Below, in pieces: positions 1 to 8,747 of a stretch of DNA of 44,176 nucleotides. This stretch comes from Tannerella sp. (GTDB lineage: Bacteria > Bacteroidota > Bacteroidia > Bacteroidales > Tannerellaceae). The first letter of the stretch is position 1. Every line of letters begins with the position of its first letter. The DNA lies in contig JAIRZY010000152.1 of the NCBI GenBank assembly GCA_031266995.1, positions 1 to 44,176 on the forward strand. The letters run 5' to 3'. A program made the translations under genes and the position numbers. Under the pieces are notes generated by a model. That model saw only the letters and a list, made by a program, of their open reading frames with translations, was not told where the DNA came from and made no database searches.

Positions 1-10
1 CCCCCCCCAC

Positions 11-52
11 AAAAAAAATCTCTTCCCGCGAGGACCGCGGGAAGAGAAAAAA
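11..52 (-). terminator. Rho-independent terminator (minus strand)
   Basis: Stem TCTCTTCCCGCG/CGCGGGAAGAGA at about 19-47, with an A8 run at 11-18 that reads as the U-tail on the minus strand. Confidence 0.8.
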
Positions 53-190
53 TACACCATGTAATAAAAGAGAATTATACCACCGTTTTTCATCAAAACG
101 GCTTTTGTCTTATTTTGGATCACCGTTTCCCTGTGGAAAAAGGAGTTTTCTCTCAGTCCAAAGGAGGCGTGAAAATAATCGACCTTATAT
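11..190 (-). ncRNA. Candidate structured small RNA (about 180 nt)
   Basis: Bounded by a TAaaTTTG -7 box (197-204, minus) and a terminator (11-52); several stems (TTTGGA/TCCAAA, TTTCC-ACAG-GGAAA, CCGTTTT/AAAACGG); no convincing closed ORF. Confidence 0.45.
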
Positions 191-196
191 CGAGTG

Positions 197-204
197 CAAA
201 TTTA
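197..204 (-). promoter_or_regulatory. Bacteroidetes sigma-A -7 box (TAAATTTG)
   Basis: Matches TAnnTTTG on the minus strand in AT-rich intergenic DNA. Confidence 0.55.
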
Positions 205-277
205 TATATTCTTTATTTTATATTGAAAATATAGGTGTGTAAAATATCTTAATTTTTTGGAAAGAATCATGACGTGC

Positions 278-1021
278 TCATATCTTATACATTTTGATAC
301 ATTCTTCGGCCTCCTGCAGCGCTTCGAGGCTACCCGCGTCGATGATTTTGACATCGTCGCCGACCGGACAGGCGCGTATCAGCGCCCGCGTGGAGACGGA
401 TAAATAGAAGTCGATGATGGAAAACTTGCCCGTCCAGTCTTCCATCAACCGGAATATGGCAGGCGAGATGACGTGGATGCCGCTAAATGCATATTCCAGA
501 TGCTTCGACGGGTCGAAGCCGGGGAAGAGCGATTTCACTTCGCCCGTCTCGCGGTTGCGCCAGCCACACAGGCGGTTGTCCCGGTCAAACAGCAGTTGGC
601 GACGTGAGGCGCGATGGCTGACCGCCAGTGTCGCCAGCGTGTCGGAAGCGTCGTGAGCCGCGTAGAGTGCTCGCAGGTCGATGTCGGAGAAGATGTCTAC
701 GTTATGAACGAGAAACGGCTCCGTCCCGTCCAGAAAAGGGGCTGCCTGCTTGATGCCTCCGCCGGTGTCGAACAGGTAGTTGCTTTCGTCCGAGATGTCG
801 ATTTTCAGGCCGAAATCGTTGTTTGCTGCAAGGAAATCAACAATCTGCTGTCCAAGATGGTGCACGTTGACGACGATATGCGACACGCCGGCGGCTTTCA
901 GGCGAAGTATGGTGTGTTCGAGCATGGGTCGTCCGCCCACGGGTACAAGCGCCTTGGGCACGCTGCCGGTCATCGGTCTGAGGCGGCTGCCGAGGCCTGC
1001 CGCGAGAATCATTGCTTTCAT
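278..1021 (-). CDS. murU: Nucleotidyltransferase, MurU-like (MurNAc-alpha-1-P uridylyltransferase / NTP_transferase family)
   Basis: MKAMILAAGLGSRLRP...PKAL signature, DTGGG and HNVD motifs; no C-terminal beta-helix; co-transcribed with an AmgK-like kinase. Confidence 0.75.
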   Translation of the reverse strand: MKAMILAAGLGSRLRPMTGSVPKALVPVGGRPMLEHTILRLKAAGVSHIVVNVHHLGQQIVDFLAANNDFGLKIDISDESNYLFDTGGGIKQAAPFLDGTEPFLVHNVDIFSDIDLRALYAAHDASDTLATLAVSHRASRRQLLFDRDNRLCGWRNRETGEVKSLFPGFDPSKHLEYAFSGIHVISPAIFRLMEDWTGKFSIIDFYLSVSTRALIRACPVGDDVKIIDAGSLEALQEAEECIKMYKI

Positions 1022-1033
1022 AATCAGAGTGCT

Positions 1034-2497
1034 TTATTGATGAGGGTGACGGGTGAGGGGTTCAAAATCATGCTCAATGTTTTGCTCCCGATGGATAAGG
1101 TTTATTTTTACTTCGTAGCGTGTGTGGAGATGTTCTGCGAGCCGCTGCGCACAGTAGACGGAGCGGTGCTGTCCGCCTGTGCAGCCGAAGCCGACCGTCA
1201 GATGGGTGAAGCCGCGGTCGATGTAGCGCCTGACGGATGCTTCGATTAGCGTATATGCATGGTGCAGGAATTCAACGACTTCGCCGTCGTCTTCAAGAAA
1301 GCGGATGACTGGCTCATCCAGCCCCGTGAAGGCGTTGTAGCGCTCATACTTGCCGGGGTTGTTGATGGCGCGGCAGTCGAAGATGAACCCGCCGCCGTTG
1401 CCGCTCGGGTCGTCGGGGAGGCCTTTTTTATATGCGAAGCTGACGATTTTGATGGTCAACAGGCGCTTTTTGCGTTCATCGGAAAACTGCTTTAGCTCTA
1501 TCAGACGGCGCAGGATGTCAGTCAGATACGGGTATTCGGGATAGCCGTCGGCCAGCAGCTCACGCAGGTTGTCAAGCGCATGGGGTATGCTCTGAATGAA
1601 ATGCGGCTTTTTCTCAAAATATCCCCTGAAGCCGTATGCGCCAAGCACCTGGAGGGTGCGGAAGAGGACGTGGTGACGCAACTGGCGCCTGAATCCGGCT
1701 TCGTCGACGGGCATGTACTGCTGCAGGGCTTCGATGTAGTCGCTCAGCAGTGCGTCGCGCAGTTCTTTTGGGTATCCGGCGCGCGCCTGCCAGAGGAATG
1801 AGGCAACGTCGTAGTATACCGGCCCACGCCGTCCGCCCTGGAAATCAATAAAGTATGGCTTGCCGTCGCGGATGATGACGTTGCGCGACTGGAAATCGCG
1901 GTAGAGGAAGGTCGACGGTGCGCTGCCGGGCAGAATCGCGCTCATTCGCCCGAAATCGTCTTCGAGCAGGCTTTCGTGAAAGTCCATGCCCGTCGCTTTC
2001 AGGAAGCAGTATTTGAAGTAGTTTAAATCCCAGAGCACGAGGCGACTGTCGAAGGCAGGCGACGGATGGCACTGCGCGAAGTCAAACCCTTCGGCGCCCT
2101 CGACCTGTATGCGTGGCAGCAGGGTAATCGTGCGGCGCAGCAGGAGGCGCTCGCTGTCGTCGAAAACGGAACTGCGGCGGCCTTTTTCGAGGGCATGAAA
2201 GAGCAGTACGTCGCCTAAATCTTCCTGCAGATAGAGCAGCCGGTCGGCCGAGTGGTAATAGACTTCGGGCACGGGTAATCCCTTGCTGCGAAAGTGTGTA
2301 GCCATATATATGAAGGCGTTGTTTTCGCCAGCCGAAGTGCCGCTGACACCGATCAGGCGCATCTTGCCCGTGAGGCGAAAGTAGCGTCTGTTCGAGCCTG
2401 ACGAGGGCAGTTCGGTAATCGCGTCGGGCTGCTGTCCCGTATGGGTGGCATACAGTTGGCCGAGTGCTTCCTGAGGTGTGATAACTTGCTGTTGCAT
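1034..2497 (-). CDS. AmgK-like anomeric sugar kinase (APH phosphotransferase fold) fused to a C-terminal RapZ/YhbJ C-terminal domain
   Basis: SGSNRRYFR, YRDFQSRN and IDFQG kinase motifs; C-terminal SFAYKKG, FDCR and GCTGGQHRSV RapZ-C motifs; start placed at ATG 2497, downstream of the promoter box. Confidence 0.85.
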   Translation of the reverse strand: MQQQVITPQEALGQLYATHTGQQPDAITELPSSGSNRRYFRLTGKMRLIGVSGTSAGENNAFIYMATHFRSKGLPVPEVYYHSADRLLYLQEDLGDVLLFHALEKGRRSSVFDDSERLLLRRTITLLPRIQVEGAEGFDFAQCHPSPAFDSRLVLWDLNYFKYCFLKATGMDFHESLLEDDFGRMSAILPGSAPSTFLYRDFQSRNVIIRDGKPYFIDFQGGRRGPVYYDVASFLWQARAGYPKELRDALLSDYIEALQQYMPVDEAGFRRQLRHHVLFRTLQVLGAYGFRGYFEKKPHFIQSIPHALDNLRELLADGYPEYPYLTDILRRLIELKQFSDERKKRLLTIKIVSFAYKKGLPDDPSGNGGGFIFDCRAINNPGKYERYNAFTGLDEPVIRFLEDDGEVVEFLHHAYTLIEASVRRYIDRGFTHLTVGFGCTGGQHRSVYCAQRLAEHLHTRYEVKINLIHREQNIEHDFEPLTRHPHQ

Positions 2498-2513
2498 GTC
2501 CTGTTTTTTGCCA

Positions 2514-2521
2514 CAAAGATA
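2514..2521 (-). promoter_or_regulatory. -7 box TATCTTTG for the kinase-murU operon
   Basis: TAnnTTTG about 17 nt upstream of ATG 2497. Confidence 0.65.
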
Positions 2522-2684
2522 CAAAGATTAACTGATACAAGCATCGTGATACCGATTTTTTTCTTTCGCAACGGGTGGATGGAAAACGTGCGGGGCAGGG
2601 GAAGAGACGGGGGCGAATTTCGGATCATAAATTTTATGTTTTAAATTTTCCCATACATAAAGCTGGTATATAAAAAACTTTATT

Positions 2685-2692
2685 TATCTTTG
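2685..2692 (+). promoter_or_regulatory. -7 box TATCTTTG for the HU-like gene
   Basis: TAnnTTTG(CA) about 45 nt upstream of ATG 2738. Confidence 0.6.
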
Positions 2693-2737
2693 CAGCTGTA
2701 TTGAAAATATTATAATAACTGATCAAACTTTTACATT

Positions 2738-3478
2738 ATGGCAAAAAAATTCTTCTGGAAGGTTTGGCTGCGGCTGAACAAGTTTACCAAAGAGGTGCTG
2801 AACGACTACATTGCCGAAGTGTCTACGGCCGGCGACACGAAGCGCAATGAGGATATCGCAAAGGCAATCAAGGATGAAGGCTCTGACCTTCAGTATGAAA
2901 CGCTCATCGACGTGCTGAATCGCAGCGACCGCTGGAAGCGTCGCTTCGTGCTCGAAGGTTCGTCGGTGCAGGACGGTAATGTGCACATGCAGCCCCGCGT
3001 CCCGGGCAACTGGGAGGGTGCCGACCCGCATTATGACCCGAAAAAGCACAGGCCGACCATTGACGCCTTCCCGACTGCCGACATGCGTCGCGCGCTCGAG
3101 GAAGAGGTTGGCGTTGAGGTGCTTGGCAAGAAGGTTGACGGCGGCGCCATCATCGGTCTGGTGACCGACGTGATGACGGGACGGACGGATGGGGCGATCA
3201 GCACAGGCGGAGACCTGATTATCACCGGTTCGAAGATTAGAATAGAGCCAATAGATGACAAGGATCTTGGCATATTCTTCGTCAGTCCTGCCGGGCCGGA
3301 AGTGCCTGTTGAGCATCCACTCACGCAGAATGACCCGAAGCGAATCATCTGCCGCGTGCCCGCGCTGCCGGCCAGCTTGTATACGCTGAAGATTGTGACG
3401 CGCTATGCCAACGGCTCTATATTGCTGAAGGAGCCCCGCACGATCATCTATGAGCTGCCCCTGACGGTTGTCTCATGA
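2738..3478 (+). CDS. DNA-binding protein: HU/IHF-like N-terminal domain plus DUF4469 Ig-like C-terminal domain
   Basis: WKVWLRLN..T...NDYIAEV N-terminus and IITGSKIRI...GIFFV...NDPKRIICRVPAL...YTLKIVTRY C-terminus, typical of Bacteroidales HU-like/DUF4469 proteins. Confidence 0.75.
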   Translation: MAKKFFWKVWLRLNKFTKEVLNDYIAEVSTAGDTKRNEDIAKAIKDEGSDLQYETLIDVLNRSDRWKRRFVLEGSSVQDGNVHMQPRVPGNWEGADPHYDPKKHRPTIDAFPTADMRRALEEEVGVEVLGKKVDGGAIIGLVTDVMTGRTDGAISTGGDLIITGSKIRIEPIDDKDLGIFFVSPAGPEVPVEHPLTQNDPKRIICRVPALPASLYTLKIVTRYANGSILLKEPRTIIYELPLTVVS

Positions 3479-3484
3479 TGTCCG

Positions 3485-3626
3485 TTTTTGTTTAGAGGCT
3501 CTAAAGCGTCCGCTTTAGAGCCTCTAAAGCGGGCGCTTGTTAGCCTCTAAAGCGGGCGCTTTAGAGCCTCTAAAGCGGACGCTTGTTAGCCTCTAACACG
3601 GGCGTGTTAGAGGCTCTAAACAAAAA
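3485..3626. repeat. Tandem array of 23-bp palindromic units (6 CTCTAA cores) inside terminal inverted repeats
   Basis: CTCTAA at 3499, 3522, 3545, 3568, 3591 and 3614; unit CTCTAAAGCG-nn-CGCTTTAGAG; ends TTTTTGTTTAGAG / CTCTAAACAAAAA. Confidence 0.9.
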
Positions 3627-3669
3627 AGCAGCGAAGCCCGTTACCGAAAGGTAGCGGGCTTCGCTGCTT
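3626..3669. terminator. Strong hairpin terminator between convergent genes
   Basis: AAGCAGCGAAGCCCGTTACC-GAAA-GGTAGCGGGCTTCGCTGCTT; the A-run on the left gives a U-tail for the minus strand. Confidence 0.8.
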
Positions 3670-3707
3670 ATTGTAGTGGCTAAGATGCGCAGTTACAGTG
3701 CGTTTGC

Positions 3708-5297
3708 CTACCGCGCCGTGCTTATCTCATAGAGCGGGATGCGTTCGCAGGCGTTGGGCGGTCGCACGCGCAGGAGGTGCGTCACGGTGGGCGCGATCTC
3801 CGTCGCCCTCACCTCGCGGTAGATACGCTGCGGGCGGAGGCCGTTCGCCATGAAAATGAGCGGCGTCTGCACGGCGTTGCTGCGCGTGTGCTTCACCCGT
3901 TCGCCCGGCTCATCGTTGTCAATGGCCCATCCGGGCTGCAGGCTTATGATGAGGTCGCCGCGCCCGAGGTGGTATGTACCGCGCTGCAGGTCAGCCGTTC
4001 CCTCGTTCCACGTGCCCGCGCGCAGGGTCATGTCGGTCGTCACGTGCGCCACGCCACTAAACTCCGACAGGAAGTCTGCCGCCTTACGCTGGAAGGCGGC
4101 CAGGTCGAGCTTTTCCTCCTCCACAGCCTTGCGGTTCAGGTATATCTGCCCGTTGTAGAAGCCGTTCACCCAGTTCTTCTGTCCGTACAGCGCCATCAGG
4201 TACATGTTCAGCAGCGCCGTGCAGCGCTTGGGATGAAACTCGCCGCCGCCGAGCTGCATCCCCTGCGCGTATTCCTCCTCGCTCTCGAAATAGCCTGTGC
4301 CGGTGAACACTACGAGCGTGTTCCGTAGCCCCACCTTCCGGTCGATGGCCGTCAGCAGCTCGGCAATGTCGCGGTCAAGCTGTATGTATGTATCCTGAAT
4401 CTCAGCCGTATACTCCTCCGCCCTGTTGCCGTGGAAGCTGCCCGCATAGAACGTGACGGCGAGCATGTCGGGACACGGGCGCGTGCCAAACGCACCGTAC
4501 TCAAGGAATTGCGACACAAGGCGGTTTACCTCCCTGTTGCCGAACGGCGACGTCTTGATGCGCGGAAAGCAGTCCAGCGTCCTGGGTTTGAAGGTGTAGC
4601 TGAATGGCGGCTTCTCCTGCGCGTAGGGCAGCGCCCTGTAGCGGTCGGGCGCAAGCGCCGGCTGCCACGTCATGCCTGCCATCCTGGCAGTCAGCGACTC
4701 CTGCCCGTTGTTATACTTCTCTACATACCACGGCACGCTCCTGTAATACGTTGTCGTAGCCCACTTTCCGTTCGCGTTGTCGATCCAGAAAGCCCCGTTC
4801 GCCGCATGGCCGGCCGACAGGATGGCACTCTCGGCATCCGGCGCGATGGCGTACACCTCGCTCCGGCCCTTCGAGGCGATCTTCAGCTCGTCGCCGATGG
4901 TCGAAGCCAGCAAATTTTTCGGTGAATAATTGTCGCGCGTGAAATTCCCCAGATACTCAGGGTCATGCAGCGACGGCAGCTCACGCAGCGTCTCGAAACT
5001 GTACACCGTCCGCCCCGTAATCCCGTGCGCATTCGGATTGGCACCCGTAAACAGCGTGGCGAACGCACTGGCCTGGTCCACGTTGCGAAACTCAAATGCA
5101 ACATTATGATAAACAACACCTTCGTTCATCAGCCGCTTGAAGCCGTGCTCATCGAACGCATGGTAGAAATATTCCAGATAATCACCCCGCAACTGATCCA
5201 CCGTGATGCATACCACCAGCCTCGGCGCCTGTTGCTGTGCCCGCAGCCCGCTGCCCGCCCACACGGCGGCTATCAGCCAAAATAGAAACCTTCTCAT
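3708..5297 (-). CDS. Alkaline phosphatase family protein (PafA / nucleotide pyrophosphatase type), secreted
   Basis: Signal peptide; PRLVVCITVDQLRGDYL, STIGDELK, AGHAANGAFW and IAPTV motifs. Confidence 0.85.
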   Translation of the reverse strand: MRRFLFWLIAAVWAGSGLRAQQQAPRLVVCITVDQLRGDYLEYFYHAFDEHGFKRLMNEGVVYHNVAFEFRNVDQASAFATLFTGANPNAHGITGRTVYSFETLRELPSLHDPEYLGNFTRDNYSPKNLLASTIGDELKIASKGRSEVYAIAPDAESAILSAGHAANGAFWIDNANGKWATTTYYRSVPWYVEKYNNGQESLTARMAGMTWQPALAPDRYRALPYAQEKPPFSYTFKPRTLDCFPRIKTSPFGNREVNRLVSQFLEYGAFGTRPCPDMLAVTFYAGSFHGNRAEEYTAEIQDTYIQLDRDIAELLTAIDRKVGLRNTLVVFTGTGYFESEEEYAQGMQLGGGEFHPKRCTALLNMYLMALYGQKNWVNGFYNGQIYLNRKAVEEEKLDLAAFQRKAADFLSEFSGVAHVTTDMTLRAGTWNEGTADLQRGTYHLGRGDLIISLQPGWAIDNDEPGERVKHTRSNAVQTPLIFMANGLRPQRIYREVRATEIAPTVTHLLRVRPPNACERIPLYEISTAR

Positions 5298-6562
5298 CGC
5301 ATATATTCATTTAATCCATTCCGTATCTTTCCCTTAAACCCCTTCCAGCCACATCCCGACCTGAGCAGCAGCGTCGCCATCAGCGGCACAAAAGCCACGT
5401 TCAGATGCTGCGGAACGAAGATCCACCCCGCCGACAGCGCCAGAAGCGCCACAAAACTGACCGAATGGTAATAATACGCCGCCCTGCCAAACCGCTTCAC
5501 CGCAATGCACACCGCGCCGGCAAGATGCAGCGGATGCAGCCACACGACAGAAACGTTGGGCCATATCCCGCGATGCACCGACACGAAACAAAGAAAGTAA
5601 AGCAGGCATCCGGCAAGCCCCGCCACCGTAAGAAGCGACACGTCAAACCATCGGCAATACCACCCCGCCCGCCGTTCCGCCACCGTCAGCCCCGCCGCGA
5701 GGGCGAACACCAGAGAGCTGCACAGCAGGGGCGTAAACGGATTGCGGCGCGCAGGCTCGTCGTCCGGCACAGCCTCCACCACGGCCCCGGCCGACGACAC
5801 CAGCGGCCGCGACGCGCCGTCGCCGCCCACAATCTGCGCGCGGGCGAATGCCTCCTTTACGTTCGCGGGAAGGAAAAACGATTCCGCCCGCGTCATTACC
5901 CTGTCAGCGGGCATACCCAGCACCAGGTCGCACCCGAACGTGAGCCACGGTTGCGCGCGCGTACATTTATTTATAACATCACGGAAAGCAGGCCCTGCCG
6001 CATACTCGCCATACTCAATGCGTCCGTCGACGACGCGCTCAATCAGCGCCGCGGGGCGCGTCGAGCAGTTATCGTAAAAGAAACTGTAGCGGTACACGCG
6101 GTTTTCGGGTTGCGCGTTGAGAAAGAGCGCCTGACAGAGCGCGTTCTTCTCGTGCGGGAGGAGGTTCAGCCTCTGCTCGTAGACCTCGCTGCCGCGCATC
6201 TGATAGTCAATGATAAAGTCTTCATACCGGTATACGCCAAGCATATAGTCCGTTTCCCCACGGGTGAAACGGTAGACGAAGTTCGGCTTCGAGAAGTCGA
6301 AAATGCCATAATTAAAGACATAGTCGACCCCCGCCGTGTCGCGAACACGGACAGCCGTGTGCCCGTAGAGCGTGTAGGCGGCCCGGTCGCTTGGCGAACA
6401 GGTCAGCAGACTGACTTGCGCCCCGTCGCTCAGCAGATTCTGCGCCTGCAACGAGGCACACATAACAAAAAACAGTATGGTCGAAATCATTTTCCCCCAC
6501 GGATGCCCTCCTTTCCCGAACCGAAATCTTTTGAAAACCAACGTTAGTCTACTGTTCATCAT
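5294..6562 (-). CDS. lnb: DUF4105 membrane protein, lipoprotein N-acyltransferase Lnb family
   Basis: SLLTCSP, LYGHTAVRV, FNYGIFDF and YSFFYDNCSTR motifs; C-terminal TM helices; true start may be 6490. Confidence 0.75.
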   Translation of the reverse strand: MMNSRLTLVFKRFRFGKGGHPWGKMISTILFFVMCASLQAQNLLSDGAQVSLLTCSPSDRAAYTLYGHTAVRVRDTAGVDYVFNYGIFDFSKPNFVYRFTRGETDYMLGVYRYEDFIIDYQMRGSEVYEQRLNLLPHEKNALCQALFLNAQPENRVYRYSFFYDNCSTRPAALIERVVDGRIEYGEYAAGPAFRDVINKCTRAQPWLTFGCDLVLGMPADRVMTRAESFFLPANVKEAFARAQIVGGDGASRPLVSSAGAVVEAVPDDEPARRNPFTPLLCSSLVFALAAGLTVAERRAGWYCRWFDVSLLTVAGLAGCLLYFLCFVSVHRGIWPNVSVVWLHPLHLAGAVCIAVKRFGRAAYYYHSVSFVALLALSAGWIFVPQHLNVAFVPLMATLLLRSGCGWKGFKGKIRNGLNEYMR

Positions 6563-6582
6563 TGCGATTGATATGGATGGGG

Positions 6583-6590
6583 CAAAGGTA
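6583..6590 (-). promoter_or_regulatory. -7 box TACCTTTG for lnb and the phosphatase
   Basis: TAnnTTTG about 20 nt upstream of the ORF. Confidence 0.55.
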
Positions 6591-6739
6591 AGCGTTTTCG
6601 TTCGACTGCGAAAATTATTGTCGCCTTATTTTGGCAAAGCCTGACATAAATCGTGGCGGGAATTATATTCGTTGACTAAAAAGTATGTTTTTTCATGTAT
6701 TTTGCTTTTCTTTGTAGCCTTAATTATAGAGGAAAGAGT

Positions 6740-7468
6740 TTGAACCTGATTGTAGAGCAAGGAAACACGGCGACGAAAGTAGCTGTTTACGAGCATGATG
6801 AATTGATCGAGACGGCGGTATGCCGTGCATCCGCGACGCCGGGATTAGATGCCTTGTTTGAGCGGTATCCTTTGGTAAACGGCATTTATTCCACGGTAAG
6901 GGAACGCGACGAAGCGTTGGCGAACGCATTGTCGAAGAGGTTGAAGCGATTTGTTTTTTTTGATGACCGGGTCAGGTTGCCGCTTGAGATTGCCTACCGG
7001 ACGCCCGACACGCTGGGCAAAGACCGTATTGCGGCGGCTGCGGGCGCTCATTATCTGCATCCCGGAAGCGACGTGCTGGTGATCGACGCCGGTACGGCCA
7101 TCACTTACGAGGTGGTGGAGGCATCGGGGCGCTACGTCGGCGGGAATATTTCGCCCGGCCTGACCACCCGTTTCAGGGCGCTGCATCAGTTTACGGAAAA
7201 GTTGCCGCTTGTGGATGAAGCCGGGCCGGTATCACTGATTGGCACAGGCACGGAAACAGCCGTCAGAGCGGGCGTCGTGAACGGGATTGCTTATGAGATG
7301 GACGGCTATATCAGTGCCTTAAAGGAGGTATATCCCGGCCTTTTCGTTTTTTTAACGGGTGGACATTCGTTTTATTTTGAAAAACGACTTAAAAGCGCCA
7401 TCTTTGCAGCAATTAATTTAGTATTGACCGGACTAAACAGGATATTAGAATATAATGTTGAAAATTAA
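6740..7468 (+). CDS. coaX: Type III pantothenate kinase
   Basis: NLIVEQGNT, LGKDRIAA, VIDAGTAIT, GGNISPG and LTGG motifs; likely TTG start at 6740 (the ORF is open from 6695). Confidence 0.9.
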   Translation: MNLIVEQGNTATKVAVYEHDELIETAVCRASATPGLDALFERYPLVNGIYSTVRERDEALANALSKRLKRFVFFDDRVRLPLEIAYRTPDTLGKDRIAAAAGAHYLHPGSDVLVIDAGTAITYEVVEASGRYVGGNISPGLTTRFRALHQFTEKLPLVDEAGPVSLIGTGTETAVRAGVVNGIAYEMDGYISALKEVYPGLFVFLTGGHSFYFEKRLKSAIFAAINLVLTGLNRILEYNVEN

Positions 7469-8693
7469 TAGAATAAGAATTGTTGTATATTTATTTTTGT
7501 TTACGAATATGATGCTGTCTGCGCAAAACAGCACCAATTCGCCCTATACGCGTTACGGCTACGGCGCGCTGGCCGACCGTTCGTTCGGTGCCGGACGCTC
7601 GATGGGAGGAATTGGCTACGGATTGCGTACGCCGCGGCAGATCAATCCGATGAATCCGGCATCCTATTCATCCATGGATTCGCTGACGTTCCTGTTCGAC
7701 GCGGGCATGACGTTCCAGCTTTCGTGGTTCAACGACGATGTGAACACGCAGCGCAACATGAACGGTAATTTTGAATACGTGGCCATGCAGTTCCCTCTGA
7801 CGCGCAGGATAGCGGTGAGTGTGGGTCTCCTGCCGTATTCGCATGTAGGCTATAACTTTGGCGAGTATGCGACGGACGGTCCGGGCAGTCTGACCGAATA
7901 TTCCGGCACGGGCGGACTGAACGAGGTGTATGCCGGACTGTCTGTCGACGTATGGAAGAAGCGCCTGGCGTTCGGAGCCAATGCGAGCTATATGTTCGGC
8001 AAGCTCGACCACCGGCGGCGGATTACGACAACAAATATAATGTATACGATGAAGAAGACAGATATACATGACATGAAGTTCGATTTCGGCGTGCAGTACA
8101 CGCATCCGCTGACGCGGACAGACCGTATGACCTTCGGCGCGGTCTATTCGCCCGGAAAGAAGCTGAGCGCTACGGCGTACGACATGATTTCGTTCGATCA
8201 ATACTTCTCCTCTGTTGCGCAGGCGGATACATTCAGGAATGCCGGGTTCAGTATCCCTTCGTCATACGGCTTCGGGGTCACGTATACAAAAGATTACAAG
8301 ATGATTCTGGCTGCGGACGTGTCGTATCAGAACTGGACGGATGCACGGTTTTTCGACAGTAGCGAGGAATTCAAAGATCGCGTCAAAGTGGCTTTGGGTG
8401 GTGAATATATCCCAAACAATTTTACGCGGGCATACATGAGTCGCGTTCGCTATCGCGCGGGTCTGCATTACAGCAATTCCTATTTGAAGATTAAAAATGC
8501 CGGGTACGACGAATTGGGCGCATGTGTGGGAATGGGGTTCCCGATGCTGGACAATCGCTCGTTCATCAATGCCTCGTTCGAGTACGTACAGGTCGTTCCC
8601 GGCTCGAAAACGTTGATAAATGAGCAGTATTTCCGGTTTACGCTCAGCTATACATTCAATGAATTCTGGTTCTTCAAGCGGAAGATGGATTGA
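7455..8693 (+). CDS. Outer-membrane beta-barrel protein (FadL/TodX-like Bacteroidetes family)
   Basis: Signal peptide, SPYTRYGYG and NPMNPASY N-terminal motifs, alternating beta-strands, aromatic C-terminus FNEFWFFKRK. Confidence 0.75.
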   Translation: MLKINRIRIVVYLFLFTNMMLSAQNSTNSPYTRYGYGALADRSFGAGRSMGGIGYGLRTPRQINPMNPASYSSMDSLTFLFDAGMTFQLSWFNDDVNTQRNMNGNFEYVAMQFPLTRRIAVSVGLLPYSHVGYNFGEYATDGPGSLTEYSGTGGLNEVYAGLSVDVWKKRLAFGANASYMFGKLDHRRRITTTNIMYTMKKTDIHDMKFDFGVQYTHPLTRTDRMTFGAVYSPGKKLSATAYDMISFDQYFSSVAQADTFRNAGFSIPSSYGFGVTYTKDYKMILAADVSYQNWTDARFFDSSEEFKDRVKVALGGEYIPNNFTRAYMSRVRYRAGLHYSNSYLKIKNAGYDELGACVGMGFPMLDNRSFINASFEYVQVVPGSKTLINEQYFRFTLSYTFNEFWFFKRKMD

Positions 8694-8747
8694 CGGATGT
8701 GTGTGGTTCTAAATACGATAAATATAAATATTTAAAATTATAGAAAT

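Noticed and set aside
5405-6547. 380-aa plus-strand ORF
   Set aside because: Antisense shadow of lnb; Arg/Pro-rich with no motifs
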